Positions 59,398-64,000 of a DNA stretch of 64,000 nucleotides are shown here, piece after piece. The stretch's first letter is position 1. The number at the start of each line of letters is the position of its first letter. The DNA comes from Clostridiales bacterium (GTDB taxonomy: Bacteria; Bacillota; Clostridia; Christensenellales; UBA1242), in contig JBNMHL010000001.1 in assembly GCA_050872745.1 (NCBI GenBank), positions 36,842-100,841 of the forward strand, written 5' to 3'. A program made the translations under genes and the position numbers. A model generated the notes under the pieces. That model was not told the origin of the DNA. It saw nothing but the letters and a program-made list of their open reading frames with translations, and searched no databases.

Positions 59398-60677
59398 TGT
59401 TTAAAACGTTAATCAACGCTTTTAAAGTAAAAGAAATTAGAGTTAAAATCTATATCACACTTCTATTAATCTTAGTTTATCGCCTAGGTTGCTGGATTCC
59501 AGTTCCAGGATTAAACTTAGATGGCTTCGCTGAGCAAATTCAAGGTCAAGATTTCTTAAATTTGCTAAGTTCTGTTAGTGGTGGCGCATTAGCAAATGGT
59601 GCAATTTTTGCACTAGGTGTTAGCCCATATATTTCAAGTTCTATTATTATTCAATTGCTTACTATCGCAATCCCAAGGTTAGAAAGACTTTCTAAAATGG
59701 GTGAGGAAGGTAGGAAGAAAATAGCTGAATACACTAAATATACGGCATTAATTTTAGCGTTTGTTCAAGCTATTGGTATAGTTCTAGGATATAAAGAAAT
59801 ATTAAACACTAACGTTCTTCCAGGTGCGTTAGTTGGTGCTATGGTAGTTTTAATTCTAGTAGCTGGCGCTATGTTCACATACTGGCTAGGTGAAAAAATT
59901 ACTGCATACGGAATTTCTAATGGTGTTTCACTATTGATATTCGTTGGTATTCTATCTACTGCTGCTTCTTCAATTCTTGCAACTATCAAAGATATTGCAG
60001 GTGGAAACACTGAAAAAATCTGGGAATTAGTATTGTTTATTGTTGCATTAATTTTTATTTTCGGTTTTATCGTGTTTATGGATATGGCTGAAAGAAAAAT
60101 TCCTGTTCAATATGCTAAGCAAGTTAAGGGAAGAAAAATGTATGGTGGGCAAAGCACACATATTCCTATTAGAGTTAACGCAACAGGTGTTATGCCTATA
60201 ATTTTCGCTATGTCAATATTGTCTTTCCCACAATTAATTATGAGTATTGTTGCTCCAAAAAGTGGGTTCTACACATGGTATAGTAACTGGTTAGGAACTG
60301 GCAGTTGGGTTTATATAATCCTTGTTGGTTTATTAATCACATTCTTCTCATACTTCTGGACTCAAATAACATTTAATCCAGAAGATGTATCTAAAAATAT
60401 TCAGCAAAATGGTGGTTTCATTCCAGGCATTCGTCCAGGAAAACCAACTGCTCAATATTTAAAGAAAATATCTAATAGAATAACATTATTTGGTGCTATA
60501 TTCCTTGCAATTATTGCAATAGTTCCAAGTTTAATATTTAAAGGAATTGGAACAGGTGGATTAGTTGGTGCATTTAGCGCAACTGGACTATTAATCGTTG
60601 TTTCAGTTGCAATTGAAATTGATAAACAATTAGATGCACAAATGTTAATGAGAAACTATAAAGGTTTCTTAAAATAA
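59397..60677 (+). CDS. secY: Preprotein translocase subunit SecY
   Basis: 426 aa, multi-TM; GVSPYISSSIIIQLL, NGGFIPGIRPGKPT. TAATG overlap with rplO. Confidence 0.98.
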   Translation: MFKTLINAFKVKEIRVKIYITLLLILVYRLGCWIPVPGLNLDGFAEQIQGQDFLNLLSSVSGGALANGAIFALGVSPYISSSIIIQLLTIAIPRLERLSKMGEEGRKKIAEYTKYTALILAFVQAIGIVLGYKEILNTNVLPGALVGAMVVLILVAGAMFTYWLGEKITAYGISNGVSLLIFVGILSTAASSILATIKDIAGGNTEKIWELVLFIVALIFIFGFIVFMDMAERKIPVQYAKQVKGRKMYGGQSTHIPIRVNATGVMPIIFAMSILSFPQLIMSIVAPKSGFYTWYSNWLGTGSWVYIILVGLLITFFSYFWTQITFNPEDVSKNIQQNGGFIPGIRPGKPTAQYLKKISNRITLFGAIFLAIIAIVPSLIFKGIGTGGLVGAFSATGLLIVVSVAIEIDKQLDAQMLMRNYKGFLK

Positions 60678-60692
60678 TTAATTAATCTTTTT

Positions 60693-60751
60693 AAATGTGA
60701 ATATCAATGATTTAAAAATTCCCAATACCAAAGAAATTGATATTCACATTT
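60693..60751. repeat. Perfect 16-bp inverted repeat in the secY-adk spacer
   Basis: AAATGTGAATATCAAT (60693-60708) and ATTGATATTCACATTT (60736-60751) are separated by a 27-nt spacer. No T-run follows. Confidence 0.8.
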
Positions 60752-60784
60752 GGAAATATTAAAATAAAAACAAAGGAATGAAAA

Positions 60785-61426
60785 ATGATGAAATTATCAA
60801 TGTTAGGCGCTCCAGGTTGTGGTAAAGGTACTCAAGCAAAAAAACTAAGTGCTTATTATAATATTCCACACATTTCAACTGGTGACATTTTTAGAAAAGC
60901 AATAAAAGAACAAACTGAATTAGGAAAACTTGCTGAAAAGTATATGAGCAAATTAGTTCCTGATGAAATTACTATAGGCTTAGTAAAAGAAAGAGTTAAA
61001 GAGGCTGATTGTGCAAATGGATTTATTTTAGATGGATTTCCAAGAACAGTCGCTCAAGCTGAAGCTTTCCTAAAAGATAATTCTTTCGATAGAATCCTAT
61101 ATTTCAATATAGATGAACAAACAGTTATTAAAAGAATTCTTGCAAGAAGAACTTGTGCTAATTGCGGTGAAATTTATATTGATGATGGAAATCTTGGTAA
61201 AACTTGTACAAAGTGTGGTGGCGACTTGATTGTACGTGCTGAAGATAGTAAAATTGAAGAAAGAATTAACACTTATAATAAAGAAACATTCCCATTGGTT
61301 AATTATTTTAAAGAAAAAGGTTTGATTTTTGAAATCAACACTAATGATGTTAAGAGTACTGAAGCTAGTGCTCAAATCGAAGAAATTTTCAATATAATAA
61401 CTAAAGAATTGGACGCAAATAAATAA
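60785..61426 (+). CDS. adk: Adenylate kinase (Cys4 zinc lid)
   Basis: LGAPGCGKGTQAKKL, and the lid CANCGEIY...CTKCGGDL. The start is ATG 60785 or 60788. Confidence 0.97.
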   Translation: MMKLSMLGAPGCGKGTQAKKLSAYYNIPHISTGDIFRKAIKEQTELGKLAEKYMSKLVPDEITIGLVKERVKEADCANGFILDGFPRTVAQAEAFLKDNSFDRILYFNIDEQTVIKRILARRTCANCGEIYIDDGNLGKTCTKCGGDLIVRAEDSKIEERINTYNKETFPLVNYFKEKGLIFEINTNDVKSTEASAQIEEIFNIITKELDANK

Positions 61427-62171
61427 TGATAAAATTAAAAAGTGAAAAAGATTTAGTTGATATGCGTGTTGCTTGTAAAATCACTGGTGACACACTTAAA
61501 TATATAGAAACTAAAATAAGACCAGGTATTTCAACAAAGGAATTAGATACTCTCGCATATGAGTTTATCAAAAGTAAAGGTGCAAAACCATCATTTAAAA
61601 ATTATGCTGGCTTTCCTGGTTCGCTTTGCACTTCAATTAATGATGTTATAGTTCACGGCATCCCTAGTGAATCTGTAATTTTAAAAGAAGGGGATATAAT
61701 TAGCATTGATGTTGGAGCTAAATACAATGGATTCCACGGAGATGCTGCAAGAACATTTCCAGTTGGAAAATAGATGCCAAAACAGCAAAACTAATCAAAG
61801 TAACTGAAAAAAGTTTTTTTGAAGGTATTAAAGACTTAAAGGCAGGAGCTTTTGTTGGAGATATCTCACATAGAATTCAAACCTATGTTGAAAAAAATGG
61901 TTTCTCAATTGTTAGAGAATTAGTGGGGCATGGTGTTGGCAGAGATCTTCATGAAGATCCTATGGTTCCTAACTATGGAAGAGCTGGAAGCGGTGCAAAA
62001 CTTAATGCGGGTGCAACAATCGCCATTGAACCTATGGTAAATATGGGCGAAAGAAACGTTGTTTTTAAAAGCGATGGTTGGACTTGTGCAACAAGAGATG
62101 GGCTTCCTGCAGCTCATTATGAAAATACTATTTTAATAACTGAAAATGGTGTAGAAATTTTAACTTTATAA
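61426..62171 (+). pseudogene. map: Methionine aminopeptidase type I, interrupted by a -1 frameshift at an A4 run (61767-61770)
   Basis: The 0 frame reads ...GDAARTFPVGK then TAG (61771-61773). The -1 frame continues, from Ile codon ATA at 61770 after the Lys, as IDAKTAKLIKVTEKSFFEGIK...VGHGVGRDLHEDP...AAHYENTILIT. The two parts together give a complete ~248-aa MetAP. Confidence 0.9.
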
Positions 62172-62180
62172 AGGGTATTT

Positions 62181-62459
62181 ATGCAAACAAAATTTGATGT
62201 CGGAAGTGTTGTTAAATCAACATATGGTCATGATAAAGGTGAGCTATTTGTGGTTTTGAGTGTTAACGAAAGCAATGTGTTTATTGTTAATGGGAAATCA
62301 CGTAAGATAGAAAAGCCTAAAAAGAAAAATTTAAAGCATATTTATCTTTTACTAAAAAACACCGATCTAAAAGAGTTAATCGTAAATAATAAAGCAACAG
62401 ATGCACATATCATTAAACTCTTAAAAGAGTATAAAAACAAAGAACTAGGAGGCAATTAG
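62181..62459 (+). CDS. KOW-domain small RNA-binding protein (YbzG-like) between map and infA
   Basis: VGSVVKSTYGHDKGELFVVLSV is KOW-like. The map-infA position is conserved, as in Bacillus. Confidence 0.6.
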   Translation: MQTKFDVGSVVKSTYGHDKGELFVVLSVNESNVFIVNGKSRKIEKPKKKNLKHIYLLLKNTDLKELIVNNKATDAHIIKLLKEYKNKELGGN

Positions 62460-62461
62460 TT

Positions 62462-62704
62462 TTGTCAAAACAAGATGTTATGGAAACTGAGGGCGTTGTT
62501 GTTGAGGTACTTCGCAACGCAAATTTTAAAGTTAAGTTAGTTAACGGATTTGTTATAACTGCCTATTTATCTGGTAAACTTCATTTAAACAATATCCGAA
62601 TTCTAGTAGGAGACCAAGTTAAAGTCGAGATGTCGCTTTATGATTTAACAAAAGGCCGTATAGTATGGCGTATGAAACAACAAAAAGCAGAGGAGATAAA
62701 GTAA
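62462..62704 (+). CDS. infA: Translation initiation factor IF-1 (TTG start)
   Basis: [25 protein letters not shown]...[27 protein letters not shown] lies 8 nt upstream of TTG 62462. Confidence 0.95.
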   Translation: MSKQDVMETEGVVVEVLRNANFKVKLVNGFVITAYLSGKLHLNNIRILVGDQVKVEMSLYDLTKGRIVWRMKQQKAEEIK

Positions 62705-62705
62705 T

Positions 62706-62822
62706 ATGAAAGTAAGACCATCAGTTAAGAAAATGTGTGATAACTGCAAAGTTATTAAAAGAGATGGAACCGTTATGGTTATATGCTCAAAATATCCTAA
62801 ACATAAACAAAGACAAGGCTAA
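62706..62822 (+). CDS. rpmJ: 50S ribosomal protein bL36 (zinc form)
   Basis: Not in the ORF track. Own translation: [38 protein letters not shown]. Confidence 0.95.
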   Translation: MKVRPSVKKMCDNCKVIKRDGTVMVICSKYPKHKQRQG

Positions 62823-62961
62823 TTTGTGTTTATTATTTAAGTGCTGTTTAAGTGCTTAATATTGGCTTTGAAAATAACTGTGGTTTGTGTGCGGCTGAAT
62901 TAACACACCACATTTATATATATAATTATTTTATTTAAGAAAATTTTATGGAGGAAATTAA

Positions 62962-63339
62962 ATGGCTCGTATCGCTGGAATTGATTTACCAAGAGAAAAA
63001 AGAGTTGAAATTGGTTTAACTTACATTTATGGTATTGGTAAACAAACTGCTATTAAAATTTTGAATGAAACCAAGATTAATCCTGACACACGTGTTAAAG
63101 ATTTAACAGAAGATGAAGTTGCAAAAATCAGACTTTACATCGAAAAGAATTGTGTTGTTGAAGGAGATTTGCAAAGAGAAATTTCATTAAATATTAAACG
63201 TTTGCAAGAAATTGGTTGTTATCGTGGAATCCGCCACAGAAAAGGATTACCTGTTCGTGGTCAAAACACAAAACAAAATGCAAGAACAAGAAAAGGTCCA
63301 AAGAAAACTGTTTCAAAGGGCAAAAAAGCTAAAAAATAA
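62962..63339 (+). CDS. rpsM: 30S ribosomal protein uS13
   Basis: [26 protein letters not shown]. Confidence 0.98.
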   Translation: MARIAGIDLPREKRVEIGLTYIYGIGKQTAIKILNETKINPDTRVKDLTEDEVAKIRLYIEKNCVVEGDLQREISLNIKRLQEIGCYRGIRHRKGLPVRGQNTKQNARTRKGPKKTVSKGKKAKK

Positions 63340-63358
63340 TTTTTGTTAGGAGAATACA

Positions 63359-63763
63359 ATGGCTAGTACACAAAGTAAGAAGAAAGTTACAACTAGAAAA
63401 AAGAAAGTAACTAAAAATATTGATAAAGGCTGTGCTTATATTAATGCTTCTTTCAATAACACAATCGTTACTATAACCGACCAAGCTGGCAATGCTATTT
63501 CTTGGAGCAGTGCAGGAAGTTTGGGTTTAAAAGGTTCTAGAAAAAGCACTCCATATGCCGCTCAACAAGCTGCTGAACAAGCTGCTAAAGTTGCTGCTGA
63601 TTTGGGTGTTAGAAGTGTTGATGTTTTTGTTAAAGGTCCAGGCAATGGAAGAGAAACTGCAATTAGAGCAATCCAAACTGCAGGTATCAACATCACAATG
63701 ATTCAAGATGTTTCACCTATTCCACACAATGGTTGCAGACCACCAAAACGCAGAAGAATATAA
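63359..63763 (+). CDS. rpsK: 30S ribosomal protein uS11
   Basis: [28 protein letters not shown]...[12 protein letters not shown]. Confidence 0.98.
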   Translation: MASTQSKKKVTTRKKKVTKNIDKGCAYINASFNNTIVTITDQAGNAISWSSAGSLGLKGSRKSTPYAAQQAAEQAAKVAADLGVRSVDVFVKGPGNGRETAIRAIQTAGINITMIQDVSPIPHNGCRPPKRRRI

Positions 63764-63892
63764 TTCAATTATTATTTTAATTGAATAGTTAATATTTTAG
63801 CAATACATATTGCTTTAAATAATTAATAGAATAGATATTTGAAAGTATTAAAATTAAACTTTCGTTTTATAAATTTAAAGGAGAAATTATAA

Positions 63893-64000
63893 ATGGCTAA
63901 ATACACAGGCGCTGATTGTAGATTATGCCGTAGAGAAGGTTGCAAACTTTTCTTAAAAGGCGAAAGATGTTTATCTAGTAAATGTTCTATTGAAAAAAAT
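63893..64000 (+). CDS. rpsD: 30S ribosomal protein uS4, 5' part only (runs off the window)
   Basis: Own translation: [47 protein letters not shown] is present. Confidence 0.93.
   Translation, partial: MAKYTGADCRLCRREGCKLFLKGERCLSSKCSIEKN

Noticed and set aside
1-64000. An alternative genetic code (TGA as Trp or Gly). The prompts were the in-frame TGA at 48480 and the near absence of TGA stops.
   Set aside because: All ~60 conserved genes are full length under the standard code, with every conserved Trp encoded by TGG. In an AT-rich genome with TGA=Trp, TGA would dominate. Ribosomal genes also prefer TAA strongly, which biases the stop-codon sample. A genome-wide count is still worth doing.
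1-64000. A visual scan for tRNA or rRNA genes, CRISPR arrays, IS elements or transposases, integrases and prophage genes.
   Set aside because: I found no cloverleaf-compatible GTTCGAATC-type T-arms, no regularly spaced direct repeats, and no transposase or integrase-like ORFs. A tool-based scan (tRNAscan-SE, Infernal, ISEScan) would be needed to confirm this.

Overview
This is an AT-rich bacterial chromosome segment, roughly one-third G+C by eye, and it reads cleanly with the standard genetic code. All conserved proteins are intact, Trp is TGG, and stop codons are almost all TAA or TAG. The protein sequences and the consensus sigma-A promoters point to a low-GC Bacillota or Mollicutes-related organism.

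The window is the transcription/translation gene supercluster, but rearranged and interrupted by accessory DNA. The gene order is:
- A 5'-truncated giant GLUG-repeat protein of more than 3,696 aa.
- rpoB-rpoC.
- Two small accessory genes, one of them HicB-like.
- rpsL-rpsG-fusA-tuf.
- A 469-aa hypothetical gene, then a roughly 1,048-codon InlB-B-repeat/BspA-LRR surface protein broken by an in-frame TAA.
- rpmG-secE-nusG-rplK-rplA-rplJ-rplL.
- A roughly 16-kb island. It holds rplI alone on the minus strand, a Cys-rich DUF1540-like gene, a minus-strand operon of a 314-aa unknown gene plus two tandem membrane Zn-peptidase paralogs, and addB-addA. It also holds a 3-TM plus ~480-aa coiled-coil protein, a PRC-barrel-like gene, an SPFH/YdjI-like gene broken by an in-frame TGA, and a DUF1858-like gene.
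- The full S10-spc-alpha run: rpsJ through rplO, secY, adk, map (-1 frameshifted), a KOW protein, infA, rpmJ, rpsM, rpsK and the start of rpsD.

Two short genes missing from the ORF track were found by eye: rpmG (29793-29942) and rpmJ (62706-62822). Several consensus promoters, intrinsic terminators and ribosomal-protein leader elements (two L1-site mimics and an L10-leader attenuator) are readable directly. I saw no tRNA, rRNA, CRISPR array, IS element or integrase.

The observations most worth a second look are:
- the giant repeat protein;
- three independently interrupted genes, including the essential map;
- Lys/Ala/Thr-rich extensions on uL24 and uL30;
- a partnerless ExbB/ZorA-like membrane coiled-coil protein.

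I cannot demonstrate a complete novel multi-gene system from sequence alone.
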